Origin: an uncultured Chloroflexia bacterium
Lineage (GTDB): Bacteria; Chloroflexota; Chloroflexia; QHBQ01; JADMIH01
Reading direction: 5' to 3'
Assembly (NCBI GenBank): GCA_963797095.1
Contig: CAWCNY010000003.1
Span: 320,001-384,000, forward strand
Length of the DNA stretch: 64,000 nt
Position numbers and translations under genes: made by a program
Shown here: positions 38,667-48,742 of the stretch, one piece after another
Position numbering within the stretch: the first letter of the stretch is position 1
Layout: each line of letters opens with the position of its first letter
Notes under the pieces: model-generated
The model's input: the letters and a program-made list of their open reading frames with translations, nothing else
The model's database searches: none
What the model was told of the DNA's origin: nothing

Positions 38667-40598
38667 TCATAGCTTAGCAGAATGCATGCCCTGATTCGCC
38701 AGGACCTCACCGAGCGCCTCCTCAAAATCCCGCCAATCTGAGACAATCCCGATGTCACACATCTCAAAGATCGGCGCCTTACGATCCCGGTTCACAGCTA
38801 CAACAGTGCCGGCACGTATGGTTCCTGCCATATGATTGAAGTTGCCCTGCAATCCCAGCCCCACGTACACATTGGGCGCGACCGATCTCCCCGTAAGCCC
38901 TATCTGCTGTTGGCGCGGCAGCCACCCTTCATCCACCACTTTACGCGTACCACCAACCGCCACCTGATCGGGCCTCAGCCCCATCCACTCGCCCAAGCCC
39001 AAAGCCAGCTTATACACCTCCGGCAACGCCTCAGGCCCCCCGATCCCCATCCCCACGCACACAATCAGCCGGGCCGTGTCGAGCGCCATCCCCTCCTCCC
39101 CACCACCCTCAATCGACAACACCTTCACACGAGCATCAGGCAGCCCAGCCACATCAAGATTAGTGACACGGGGCACAACCACATCACCCATCGCGTAAAC
39201 CGGAAGCGCACCTGGGCGCAGCGTCGCCATATGAGGCAAGGTTCTGCTCAAAATCGGCGCGATCACCTGCCCACCAAACGCAGGCTTCAACCCGAGCAGA
39301 TGCCCCTCGCGATCCACCTCGAAACCAATACAATCCCCCGTCAATCCCAATCCCAGGCGAGCCGCTACTCTCGCAGCTACATCTCGCCCAAACGAGGTAG
39401 CCGGCACCAACACCGCCCACGGTTTGCGCTCCTCCATAGCCCTGCTCAATACCCACGCATAGCTCTCCACGTCCATAAACCGCAAACGTGGATCGTCGGC
39501 TAACAGAACTTGATCCGCACCGTGCCGCCCCAGCTCGGCTACCACACCTGCTCCAATCTCGCTACCAATCGCCACCGCGACCGCTTCGCCTCCAATCTCC
39601 GATGCTAACCTGGCTGCCTCATCAAGCAGTTCCACCGAAACAGGACGCAGTTTGAGATCACCGGCTTTCGTTGCAATGCCTGCTTTTCCCTCCTTTGGGC
39701 CGGCCAGAAACTCGGCAACAGCCCATACCGCCTTCTCAGGATCAGGAGCGCCGCTCTTGGAAGGCAAGGTCCTATCCTCGTCAAACTCTCTTGCATCACT
39801 CCCACGCGCCCCGAGATCTTCCAATTGCACCAGCAAGCTCTCAGCCGACGAAAGCGCATCTCCTTGCAGAATGATCCCCCTGCGATCCACCTCAACAGGC
39901 CGCAACGCGGCCACCCATGTCGGCGACCCCGACAGCCCAACCTCCTCGGCCTTCAATCCCAGGTCGTACGCGCTCCAGATCTCGATCAAACCTGGCTCTT
40001 CCGCGATCCGCCTTTCGCCCTCCGCGATAACAGGAGGCTTTGTCTTCACAGGCTTGATCAACTGTTCCGAGGCAGTAAGCAGCGCAGGAAATAGACACTC
40101 CACCTTCTCAAACCCGCTGTCCGTCTCCCTGACGATTATCAACTTATCCCCCAGCTGTTCGATAGCCGAAGCTCCGGTCACCTGCGGCAAATCGAGCATC
40201 TCAGCCAACTCCGGTCCCACCTGCCCCGTCTCCGAGTCCGTACTGAACTTACCCAGCAACAGCAGGTCGAACGACAGCCGCCTGAGCGCAGCGGCCAGCG
40301 TGCGCGCGGTCGCCAGCGTATCCGCGCCCGCGAAAGCCCTGTCCGTCAGGTGTATAGCCCGATCCGCTCCTCTACCTAGGCACTCGACAAGCGCTGCGCG
40401 TGCCTGAGGTGGCCCCATAGTGATCGCTATCACAGACCCGCCATATACCTCGCACAAACGCATGGCCTCCGTGAGCGCACGCTTATCATACGCATTGATC
40501 ACCGAGGTTACTCCCTCGCGCACCAGCGTGCGCGCCACAGGGTCATACCTCAACTCGTCGGTCTCAGGAACTTGCTTTATTGGAACAATGATCTTCAT
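38667..40598 (-). CDS. Fused electron transfer flavoprotein beta-alpha
   Basis: IKQVPE...FAGADTLATA...TGQVGPEL (beta) then GLTGDC, QQIGLTGRSVAP, NRDRKAPIF (alpha). Confidence 0.9.
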   Translation of the reverse strand: MKIIVPIKQVPETDELRYDPVARTLVREGVTSVINAYDKRALTEAMRLCEVYGGSVIAITMGPPQARAALVECLGRGADRAIHLTDRAFAGADTLATARTLAAALRRLSFDLLLLGKFSTDSETGQVGPELAEMLDLPQVTGASAIEQLGDKLIIVRETDSGFEKVECLFPALLTASEQLIKPVKTKPPVIAEGERRIAEEPGLIEIWSAYDLGLKAEEVGLSGSPTWVAALRPVEVDRRGIILQGDALSSAESLLVQLEDLGARGSDAREFDEDRTLPSKSGAPDPEKAVWAVAEFLAGPKEGKAGIATKAGDLKLRPVSVELLDEAARLASEIGGEAVAVAIGSEIGAGVVAELGRHGADQVLLADDPRLRFMDVESYAWVLSRAMEERKPWAVLVPATSFGRDVAARVAARLGLGLTGDCIGFEVDREGHLLGLKPAFGGQVIAPILSRTLPHMATLRPGALPVYAMGDVVVPRVTNLDVAGLPDARVKVLSIEGGGEEGMALDTARLIVCVGMGIGGPEALPEVYKLALGLGEWMGLRPDQVAVGGTRKVVDEGWLPRQQQIGLTGRSVAPNVYVGLGLQGNFNHMAGTIRAGTVVAVNRDRKAPIFEMCDIGIVSDWRDFEEALGEVLANQGMHSAKL

Positions 40599-40807
40599 AG
40601 ATTGGTATTCTATCTTGGATTGGATCTTTTAGAAGAGACGAAAGCTATCACTAGCATACAACAAAGCCATCCGCAACCCCAATCGGCTGCAAGCTCAATA
40701 TGCATGACCTGCTTGACGCTGCTCCTCCCACTCCATATACTGACCTTGTAGCCTCGAAACTCAGGAGCGTCCGAGGCGCTCGCATTCATCGCCCGAAAGG
40801 AAACATC

Positions 40808-42274
40808 ATGCGTCATCGTGCGCTCTTCACCTGCGCCTTAGCGCTACTCCTCCTGCCAATGATGGCCGGTTGCGATACCTCCGGCCTCCCCGAATCTCTT
40901 GCCTCTACTCCCACCGCTATCCCTCAACCAACCGCCACCGAAATCGCCCTCGTTGAGCCACAGCTAAACCCCACCGCCACCAACGCGCCGAACGCAAACA
41001 CCCCTACCACCCGGCCACAACCGAGCAACACCACACCCCCGCAGCCCACCGATACTACCTCTGTGGGCGCACAACCCACCGACACCGCCGGTGCGCAGGA
41101 CACCCCGGCCCCGGCTGCCACGATCTCCGCTGACAAAATACAGGAGATCCAGCAGATCGAAAGCGAGACTGCCGCTTTCCGCGGCCTCCAACCCCTCTCT
41201 GACGTGCCTGAGACCTTCCTTACCGAAGACCAGCTTCGCGCAGATATCATCAATGAGATGAAAGAGGATTATCCTCGCGCCGAAGCAGCCCAGGATTCCA
41301 AAGAGCTGTGGCTTATGCGGCTCTCGGACGACCCGAATCTCGACCTCTTCCAGCTTGATATAGACTTGCAGAGCGAGCAGGTGCTGGGTTACTACGACCA
41401 GGTCAAGAAGGAGCTTTTCGTGCGCAACAATGGGAGCGATCTAAGCCCGACCGCCCGCGAGACCCTTGCCCACGAGTACACCCATGCCCTCCAGGACCAG
41501 CACTACGACCTCAAAAAGCTCCTCCCGACCGAAACTACCGACGATGATAAGGCACTGGCTGTACGTTCCCTCGTTGAGGGCGACGCAACCGTCACAGGCA
41601 TCCTCTACGCTCAGACCCACATGACCCCAGACGAATACCAGAGCATCATCGATGAGAGCCAGAACGCCGATACCAGTGTGCTCGACAGCGCTCCGCGCTA
41701 TATTCGCGACAGTCTTTACTTCCCGTACAACGAAGGCGTCGAGTTCGCGCTCGCCCTCGGCATCCTCCAGGGTTACAGCCAGATCGATAAAGCCTTTACT
41801 AACCCTCCTGTCTCCTCCGAACAGATCATGCACCCTGAAAAGTACACGAGCCGCACCCCTGACCTGCCCAAGCCCGCGCCTATCGTGCCTCTGACCGACA
41901 CCCTCGGCACAGGCTGGACCCACGGCGATAACGGCACCCTCGGTGAGTTCGACCTCAAGATCATCCTTGAGGAGAACGGCGCTGTTGACGGCGAAGGCGC
42001 GGCGGCAGGCTGGGGCGGCAGCACCTACGAATACTACGCCAACGGCGACGACGCCTTGATGATGATCAGCACCGTTTGGGACACGAAGCGCGACGCCGAC
42101 GAGTTCGAAGACGCCATCAACGAGACATTCGCCAACTACGACAAAGACGGCATCATACTCAAAGACCTCGACGGCCAGCGCTTCTTCAGTGTCAAACGCG
42201 TCAACGACCAGATCACCTTCGGAGCCTCCACCAACTCAGCAGCCCTCGAACACGCTATGGCAGCCATAAAGTAA
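40808..42274 (+). CDS. Lipoprotein, putative zincin metallopeptidase
   Basis: MAGC lipobox, P/T-rich linker, LAHEYTHALQDQ, EGDA, PVSSEQIMHPEKY. Confidence 0.8.
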   Translation: MRHRALFTCALALLLLPMMAGCDTSGLPESLASTPTAIPQPTATEIALVEPQLNPTATNAPNANTPTTRPQPSNTTPPQPTDTTSVGAQPTDTAGAQDTPAPAATISADKIQEIQQIESETAAFRGLQPLSDVPETFLTEDQLRADIINEMKEDYPRAEAAQDSKELWLMRLSDDPNLDLFQLDIDLQSEQVLGYYDQVKKELFVRNNGSDLSPTARETLAHEYTHALQDQHYDLKKLLPTETTDDDKALAVRSLVEGDATVTGILYAQTHMTPDEYQSIIDESQNADTSVLDSAPRYIRDSLYFPYNEGVEFALALGILQGYSQIDKAFTNPPVSSEQIMHPEKYTSRTPDLPKPAPIVPLTDTLGTGWTHGDNGTLGEFDLKIILEENGAVDGEGAAAGWGGSTYEYYANGDDALMMISTVWDTKRDADEFEDAINETFANYDKDGIILKDLDGQRFFSVKRVNDQITFGASTNSAALEHAMAAIK

Positions 42275-42322
42275 CCGAAAAATACGCCTGCATCCCGGCT
42301 CCAAACGTGCAATCTGATGCTA

Positions 42323-42412
42323 AAACATGAAACATCCCGAATTTTAGATTCAGCTTCGCAGGCGTGCAATCTGCTTTACGCACGAATTTAAAATTCTGGG
42401 TGACCTATGTTT
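42323..42412. repeat. Short copy of a MITE-like inverted-repeat element (compare 55962-56164)
   Basis: AAACATG..CATCCCGAATTTT...CAGCTTCGCAGGCG.GCAATC...TTTACGCACGAAT...AAATTC. Confidence 0.75.
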
Positions 42413-42479
42413 CAGAACTTGAACTTCAACCCCCTAACTGCTATACTCAACGCAGCACAACCGAATATCCAAAGGTCAA

Positions 42480-42590
42480 GCAGAGGTCACCCTAAGCCCG
42501 GAAGCTGGGGGTTAATGGGGGAAGCCGGTTAGAGTCCGGCGCTGTCCCGCAACTGTAATCCACCTGGAAAGCCAGGATACCCACCTCTGC
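42480..42590 (+). ncRNA. Cobalamin riboswitch
   Basis: GGGAAGCCGGTTAGAGTCCGGCGCTGTCCCGCAACTGT, AAGCCAG B12 box, P1 GCAGAGGT/ACCTCTGC. Confidence 0.93.
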
Positions 42591-42725
42591 TCTCTCATAC
42601 AACCTTCGCGCGAAAGGGGGTAGGAGCTATGCCAACAGCATTGATGCACCTTCTCACTGCACCACCGTAGTCCCTTCACTCCACATCACATGCAGTAAGC
42701 AGAGATCAGCAGGCACTTCTCGTAA

Positions 42726-42757
42726 CCCTTGTCGCAATCGACAAGGGCTTTTTGTTT
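42726..42757 (+). terminator. Riboswitch-associated intrinsic terminator
   Basis: CCCTTGTCG-CAAT-CGACAAGGG-CTTTTTGTTT. Confidence 0.8.
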
Positions 42758-42846
42758 GTACAGAACGAGGGAAGTTGGGATATCCCCAGCCTCTCCTTCA
42801 CCCCTCAATGCCCTGCCAGTGGGCTACCCTTTCAGGAGGAATCACT

Positions 42847-43938
42847 TTGAGAAATAAACTCATCACACTAGCGGTCGCGGGTCTGACCGCCCTGGCGGTG
42901 TTCGCCCAGGCCGCCCCAAGCCTGGCCGCGCCGCAAGCCGCCCAGTACGCCGCCCAGTACACAGACGCAGCCAACAAAGCGCTCGCCTGGATGAAGACAC
43001 AGCAACAGCCGGATGGCTCGTTCGCCGGTTTCGGCGCAGGCTCTACCATTGATGCGCTCCTCGCTATCATCGCGGCCAACGGCGACCCTGCTTCTTACAC
43101 CCAGGACGGCAATAGCCCCGCTACCTACCTCGAAAGCAACGCAGGCACTATTGTCGCCACATCAGGTGGCGCGGGCAAACTCCTTCTCGCCGCTCACGCC
43201 CTCGGCCAGGACGTTCACTCCTTCGGCGGCGTTGACCTCGTCGGGGCTATCAACGCCAGCTACGGCATCTCCGCCACCGGGCAGTACGGCCCCGACACCA
43301 TCGGCCACGCGTTCTCGATACTTGGCCTCTCTGTCGCCGGGGAATCCGTGCCGTCTGCCGCCATCGACAGGCTTAAGAGCCTGCAATCCCCCGAAGGAGG
43401 CTGGTCTTTCAGCGGCGACACCTCGGCAGGCGCAGCCGATACCGATACCACCGCCGTAGCCATCCAGGCCCTGGTAGCCGCAGGCGCTAACCAGCCCGGC
43501 GACAACACCATCAAATACGCTGTCACCTACCTGGCCGACCAGCAGAACTCGGACGGCGGCTGGCCCTACCAGCAGGGCAGCCAGTACGGCAGCGACAGCG
43601 ATGTCAACTCCACCTCCTACGTGGTCCAATCCATGCTGGCCCTCCAGAATGCCACCATAGCCGAGGCCGGTCAGCGATTCATCGCCTCCCTCCAAAACCC
43701 AGGTGGAGCGTTCGCCTACCAGAAAGCCGACCCCACCGATAACGCCGGGGCCACCTACCAGGCGATCCCCGCCCTCCTCGGCGCAACCCTGCTCAACCCT
43801 GTAGCCGCAGCAAGCCCGGTAACCCAACCCGGTATGCCCGTCACCGGGGCAGCGCCTGAATGGGCCTATCTCGCCGCTCTTATACTCGTCGCCGCGCTCC
43901 TGTCAGGCGCCGGTCTGTTCCTTCGCCGCACTCGCTAG
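42847..43938 (+). CDS. Secreted prenyltransferase/squalene-cyclase-repeat (alpha/alpha barrel) protein with sortase-like tail
   Basis: Signal peptide; QQPDGSF, LQSPEGGW, QQNSDGGW, LQNPGGAF; MPVTG + TM + RRTR. Confidence 0.85.
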   Translation: MRNKLITLAVAGLTALAVFAQAAPSLAAPQAAQYAAQYTDAANKALAWMKTQQQPDGSFAGFGAGSTIDALLAIIAANGDPASYTQDGNSPATYLESNAGTIVATSGGAGKLLLAAHALGQDVHSFGGVDLVGAINASYGISATGQYGPDTIGHAFSILGLSVAGESVPSAAIDRLKSLQSPEGGWSFSGDTSAGAADTDTTAVAIQALVAAGANQPGDNTIKYAVTYLADQQNSDGGWPYQQGSQYGSDSDVNSTSYVVQSMLALQNATIAEAGQRFIASLQNPGGAFAYQKADPTDNAGATYQAIPALLGATLLNPVAAASPVTQPGMPVTGAAPEWAYLAALILVAALLSGAGLFLRRTR

Positions 43939-43961
43939 ATCACAGGAAACAGGGGCGGCCT

Positions 43962-44939
43962 ATGGGTCGCCCCTCACGCACCATGCGTTTATCGCCCCGC
44001 CGGATACTAATATCTCTACTATGCTTGCTCACTCTCGGCATGGCGGGATCGCCCGTGCCATCCGCCGCGCAATCCACGGGTAACCGGGCCGGAATGGTGA
44101 TCCAATTCCCCGACGGCACCACTCAAACCTACTGCCTGACCTTCGAAGGCGACGACATCACCGGCCTTGACCTTCTTCTCAAGACCAACCTCGACGTGAA
44201 GGTGGAGGTGCAGGGGCTTGGCGCGCTCGTTTGCCGGATCGGCCCCACAGGCTGCCCATACCCCGCCCAACCGTGCCTGTGCCAGTCCTACGGTCCCAGC
44301 GGCGTCTACTGGAGCTACCACCACCTCAAGGACGGTCAATGGAAAGCCTCCATCGTCGGCGCGGGAAGCTACAAAGTAAGCCCGGGCGACGTGGAAGGCT
44401 GGGCGTGGAGCAACGGCTCGCCGCCGCCCGTCTACACCTACGGCGAGCTATGCCAGGCCACCGGACCACCCACTTCTACCCCCATCCCAACGCCCCTCCC
44501 CACGGACACACCGCAACCACCACCCACATCCACGCCCCGACCTCCCGCACCAACCTCGACGTGGGTGGCGCAGCCCATGAATACTTCTCAACCCACGCCG
44601 CAAGCGCCACAATCCACTGCTGTGCTGACCAATACGATGCTCCCAGCAACATCTACGCCAACCTCCACACTGACCAATACACCTTCTTCAACCGGCACTC
44701 CACAACCTACGGCCACGCCCTCACCCGTAAGCACAGATACACCTGTGCCCACCCCTACCGCCACCATCGCGGCTCCTGTGACGCCAACTCCCACACCACC
44801 GGCAACCTCCAGCGAAGCCACCGCCCGCACCGTCGGCATCCTCATTGCAGGCAGCGTACTGGGGCTGCTCGCGATCTGGGGCTGGCTTACCTTCCTGCGC
44901 AGACGCACACCGCCCCGCGACGGCACAGGAGCGCCCTGA
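43962..44939 (+). CDS. Surface protein with DUF4430/SCO2322-like domain, P/T stalk and C-terminal TM
   Basis: GLDLL...VCRIGPTGC...YWSYHH...W...GAGSYKVSPGDVEGWAW. Confidence 0.75.
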   Translation: MGRPSRTMRLSPRRILISLLCLLTLGMAGSPVPSAAQSTGNRAGMVIQFPDGTTQTYCLTFEGDDITGLDLLLKTNLDVKVEVQGLGALVCRIGPTGCPYPAQPCLCQSYGPSGVYWSYHHLKDGQWKASIVGAGSYKVSPGDVEGWAWSNGSPPPVYTYGELCQATGPPTSTPIPTPLPTDTPQPPPTSTPRPPAPTSTWVAQPMNTSQPTPQAPQSTAVLTNTMLPATSTPTSTLTNTPSSTGTPQPTATPSPVSTDTPVPTPTATIAAPVTPTPTPPATSSEATARTVGILIAGSVLGLLAIWGWLTFLRRRTPPRDGTGAP

Positions 44940-44941
44940 CC

Positions 44942-46051
44942 ATGTGGAGCCGCGACACAGGCACATACGAGTTCCACGTAGGCTCATGGTCCTTATGGCT
45001 GCTGGCCGCCATGTTCGCCTCCCTCGGCACGCGCAACCCCTTCTACCTGGTCCTCGTGATCGTCATCTCTCTAATGGTAGGCAGAGCCATAGCGCGCCCG
45101 CCATCCACCACCGAAGATAAGCAGTATGCAGTGAGCAACTCGCAATCAGGCTTCTCCAGCCTCTGGCGCATCGTCGTGATCATCACTATCGGGGTGGCCG
45201 TTCTCAAAGGTCTCAGCTACCACATCGGCGCGACCGTCCTGTTCACTCTGCCCGATTGGCTCCCTGTGATCGGCGGCAAGGTCGCCCTGGAAGATATGCT
45301 GGCCGCAGGGCTTGACGCGCTGGCCCTCCTGACCGTGCTCGCCGTATTTGCCGCCTTCACCGCCGGGGCCGACTACTACGCCATGCTCAGATCTGTGCCT
45401 GCTGCTATGCACGGCGCGGGCCTTGTAACTTCTATCGCCATCACCTTCGTCCCCCAGACCATCCAGCGGTACACCGAGATCCGGGAAGCCCAATCGCTCA
45501 GGGGCCACCGGGTGCGCCGCGTAGCCGACCTTCTCCCCATGATCATCCCCCTTTTGGCAGGGGGCATGGAGCGCTCCATGAACCTCGCCGAAGCGATGGA
45601 AGCGCGCGGCTTCGGCAGAACCACCACTTCCCGCTCGATCTCTCCCCTGCTCGTGCAGGTGGGCCTCATCCTCGGCCTCGGACTGCTCCTGGTCGGAAGC
45701 ACCATGTTCGCGTTCGCCCCGGACACACCCCTCCTGGGTTGGCTCCTCATTGCGTTCGGCCTCTCCCTGGTCACGTATACCCTGTGGGCAATCGGCAGGG
45801 GCACCCATCGCACCCGCTACCGCCGCACCGTCTGGCGCGCCTACGATACCCCCCTGGCCGTCGTTTCGGCAGGCATCCTCGCCATACTCCTCGTCTTCAA
45901 ACTGCTTGCACCTTCCCTGCTGGCCTACACCCCGTTCCTTCGCATCTCAATGCCCGATTTCGATCCCCTGGTCGCGCTGACCCTCTGCGCTCTGGTCGCG
46001 CCCACCCTTATGGTCCGCTACCTCCCCAACACCAGACAAGGCAACTCATGA
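44942..46051 (+). CDS. ECF transporter T component
   Basis: IREAQSLRG, LAEAMEARGFG. Confidence 0.9.
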   Translation: MWSRDTGTYEFHVGSWSLWLLAAMFASLGTRNPFYLVLVIVISLMVGRAIARPPSTTEDKQYAVSNSQSGFSSLWRIVVIITIGVAVLKGLSYHIGATVLFTLPDWLPVIGGKVALEDMLAAGLDALALLTVLAVFAAFTAGADYYAMLRSVPAAMHGAGLVTSIAITFVPQTIQRYTEIREAQSLRGHRVRRVADLLPMIIPLLAGGMERSMNLAEAMEARGFGRTTTSRSISPLLVQVGLILGLGLLLVGSTMFAFAPDTPLLGWLLIAFGLSLVTYTLWAIGRGTHRTRYRRTVWRAYDTPLAVVSAGILAILLVFKLLAPSLLAYTPFLRISMPDFDPLVALTLCALVAPTLMVRYLPNTRQGNS

Positions 46052-47694
46052 ACACACCCCTTATCTCGCTATCCAACATAACCTACACCTATCCCGGCAC
46101 CACCAACCCTGCCCTGCGCGACCTCACCCTCCAGGTCGAAGAAGGGGAGTTCCTGCTGGTAGCCGGCGTCTCCGGCGCGGGCAAATCCACCCTCCTGCGC
46201 CTCTTCAACGGCCTCGTCCCCCATTTCTACGGAGGCGAGCTTGCAGGCACGATCCGCGTTACCGAGCGCGACCCCGTGGCCCTGGGTCCCGGCGAGATGA
46301 GCAGCGATGTCGGTCTTGTTTTTCAGGACCCCGAAGCCCAGTTCGTGGCCGAAATTGTTGAGGACGAGATGGCCTTCGCGCTCGAAAATGCCGGCCTCCC
46401 CCTGCCCACCATGCGCAAACGCGTCGAAGAAGCACTCCACGCTCTCGGCATCGATCACCTGCGCGCCAGGCGTGTAAACACCCTCTCCGGAGGCGAGCGC
46501 CAGCGTGTAGCCATCGCCGCCGTGCTCACCCTCCAGCCTCGCGTGCTCGTGCTCGACGAACCTACCTCCCAACTCGATCCCCAGTCCGCCGAAGAGGTGC
46601 TAGACTCCCTTGTCAAGCTCAACAAAGACCTCGGCCTCACCATCATCCTCTCCGAGCATCGCCTTGAGCGCGTTGTCCAGTACGTCGACCGCATCTTCTA
46701 CATGGACATAAATGGCACGACCCTCGACGGCCCTCCCCGCGATCTTCTCTCGCACATCCCATTGGCCCCGCCCATCGTACAGGTTGCCAGGCTCCTCGAC
46801 TGGCAACCCATCCCTCTCACTATCAAAGAAGCCCGCAAATTTGTCGCGACAAAAATCGGCCAGCAAATCCCCAGCCCAACTCCTGACAATTCGGACATTC
46901 AGATCCCCTTAGCTCCCACGCGCCAGCCCCATCAACCGCCTGCCAGCCAACTCGATTCCGTCTGGTTTGGCTATGGCGGGCGCGAAGTACTCAAAGGGAT
47001 GTCGCTCGATTTCCGCCAGGGCGAGATCACCTCCCTCATGGGGCGTAACGGCGCTGGCAAAACCACCATCCTCAAGCTCGCGCTCGGCCTCCTCAAGCCT
47101 CACCGCGGCACCGTCCGCACCCTCGGCAACGATACCCGCCATACGCCGTTGGACGCACTTTCCAGGCTTGTGGGATATGTCCCACAACAGCCCGACCTGC
47201 TCCTCTTTTCCGATACTGTCCAGGGCGAGGTCGATTTCACCCGCCGCACCCACGGCCTCCCGCCCGACGGTGCGGACCTCCTGGCCAGCCTCGGCCTCAT
47301 TCCCTACCGCCTCAGCGATCCCCGCGACCTGAGTGTTGGCGAGCGCCAGCGGGTGGCCCTGGCCGCCGTGCTCGCTGGCTCCCCTCCTGTTCTCATCCTC
47401 GACGAGCCGACGCGCGGCCTAGACTACCTGCAAAAGGAGGTGCTGGCCCGCATCCTCCGAGACCTGCGCGATCAAGGGCGCACCGTCATCCTCACAACCC
47501 ACGACGTAGAACTGGCCGCACACCTGACCGACCGTGTGATACTACTCGGCGACGGCGAAGTAATAGCCGACGGCCCCGCCCGCGAAGTAATGACAAACTC
47601 CCTGGTCTTCTCCTCCCAGATCAGCAAACTCTTCCGCGACCCCACCCTCCTGACAGTAGAAGATGTAGCCCAACGAATAACAAGCAACGAGTGA
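46048..47694 (+). CDS. ECF transporter tandem ATPase
   Basis: Two Walker A motifs (GVSGAGKS, GRNGAGKT), LSGGERQR, LSVGERQR. Confidence 0.92.
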   Translation: MNTPLISLSNITYTYPGTTNPALRDLTLQVEEGEFLLVAGVSGAGKSTLLRLFNGLVPHFYGGELAGTIRVTERDPVALGPGEMSSDVGLVFQDPEAQFVAEIVEDEMAFALENAGLPLPTMRKRVEEALHALGIDHLRARRVNTLSGGERQRVAIAAVLTLQPRVLVLDEPTSQLDPQSAEEVLDSLVKLNKDLGLTIILSEHRLERVVQYVDRIFYMDINGTTLDGPPRDLLSHIPLAPPIVQVARLLDWQPIPLTIKEARKFVATKIGQQIPSPTPDNSDIQIPLAPTRQPHQPPASQLDSVWFGYGGREVLKGMSLDFRQGEITSLMGRNGAGKTTILKLALGLLKPHRGTVRTLGNDTRHTPLDALSRLVGYVPQQPDLLLFSDTVQGEVDFTRRTHGLPPDGADLLASLGLIPYRLSDPRDLSVGERQRVALAAVLAGSPPVLILDEPTRGLDYLQKEVLARILRDLRDQGRTVILTTHDVELAAHLTDRVILLGDGEVIADGPAREVMTNSLVFSSQISKLFRDPTLLTVEDVAQRITSNE

Positions 47695-47800
47695 CGAGTG
47701 ACGAGTGACAAGTAACCGAATACGCAGTACGGAGTACGCAATAAGAAATGTCCACCCCAGCCCGGGCAATCCAAAATCCAAAATCTAAAATCCACAATCG
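47687..47800. repeat. Mixed heptamer arrays (GAGTGAC, GCAGTAC, AAAATCC), partly inside the S-component N-terminus
   Basis: Read directly; translates as IQNPKSKI. Confidence 0.8.
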
Positions 47801-48614
47801 CAACGCTCCTCGCGCCTCGCTCAGCGTTGCCATCATGGTCCTTACCACTTTGCTCGGCGCGTGGGCCTTCCTCTACCCGTTCTTCGTACCCCCTCCCACC
47901 GGAGACGATGTCGGAGGCTCGCACGCAGCCGACGCCCCACTCATCTTCCTGCTTGTCATGGGCCTTTGCCTGGTAGCCATCGTCGCCGACCTTGAGACCC
48001 GCGCCATAGACAGCAAGACCATCGCCCTTCTGGGCGTGCTTGTCGCCACCAACTCCCTCCTTCGGCCACTACAGGGGCCGGGGGGTTTTTCAGGCTTCCA
48101 GGTGCTCCCCATCCTCTGCGGCTACGTCTTCGGTGGCGTCTTCGGCTTCCTCCTTGGTTCCCTTTCCGTGTTCGTGTCGGCCCTTATCACGGGAGGCGTG
48201 GGGCCCTGGATGCCCTTCCAGATGCTAGCCATCGGCTGGATAGGCATGTCCTCCGCCGCCCTCCCCCGCAAAGCCATCAAGAGCCTATGGGGCGGCAAAG
48301 CCGAAAAGTGGATCCTCGCCGCCTGGGGTGCGCTCCTCGGCCTCGTCTTCGGCCTGATCATCAACCTCTGGTCCTGGCCCTTCATCGCCGCAGGCACCAC
48401 CGACCTACCCACCAACCAGACCTGGCAGCCCGGCGCAGGACTCCCTCAAGCCCTGGCCCGCTATTCAGCCTACTACCTGGCCACTTCTCTCCCCTGGGAC
48501 ATCTGGCTAAGCATAGGCAACGTCCTCCTGATCCTCTTCCTGGGCCCACCCATCCTCCGCCTCCTGAGACGCTTCAAACAGCGTTTCTTCTTCTCGGTAG
48601 TCGGTAGTCGGTAG
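47748..48614 (+). CDS. ECF transporter S component (predicted cobalamin)
   Basis: IALLGVLVA, GFLLG, GGVGPWMPFQM; under the B12 riboswitch. Confidence 0.88.
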   Translation: MSTPARAIQNPKSKIHNRNAPRASLSVAIMVLTTLLGAWAFLYPFFVPPPTGDDVGGSHAADAPLIFLLVMGLCLVAIVADLETRAIDSKTIALLGVLVATNSLLRPLQGPGGFSGFQVLPILCGYVFGGVFGFLLGSLSVFVSALITGGVGPWMPFQMLAIGWIGMSSAALPRKAIKSLWGGKAEKWILAAWGALLGLVFGLIINLWSWPFIAAGTTDLPTNQTWQPGAGLPQALARYSAYYLATSLPWDIWLSIGNVLLILFLGPPILRLLRRFKQRFFFSVVGSR

Positions 48615-48718
48615 TCAGAAGTTCCTGGTTCCTGGTTCCTGGTTGTTCTTCGTCTATCATCCTCTCGACTACCGACTACCGACTACCGACTACCGACTAC
48701 CGACTACCGACTACCGAC
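48594..48718. repeat. Heptamer hairpin cassette (TAGTCGG)n-(GTTCCTG)3-...-(CCGACTA)n
   Basis: Read directly; supplies the S-component stop codon. Confidence 0.92.
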
Positions 48719-48742
48719 CCCCAAATCTGCTACAATACACCT

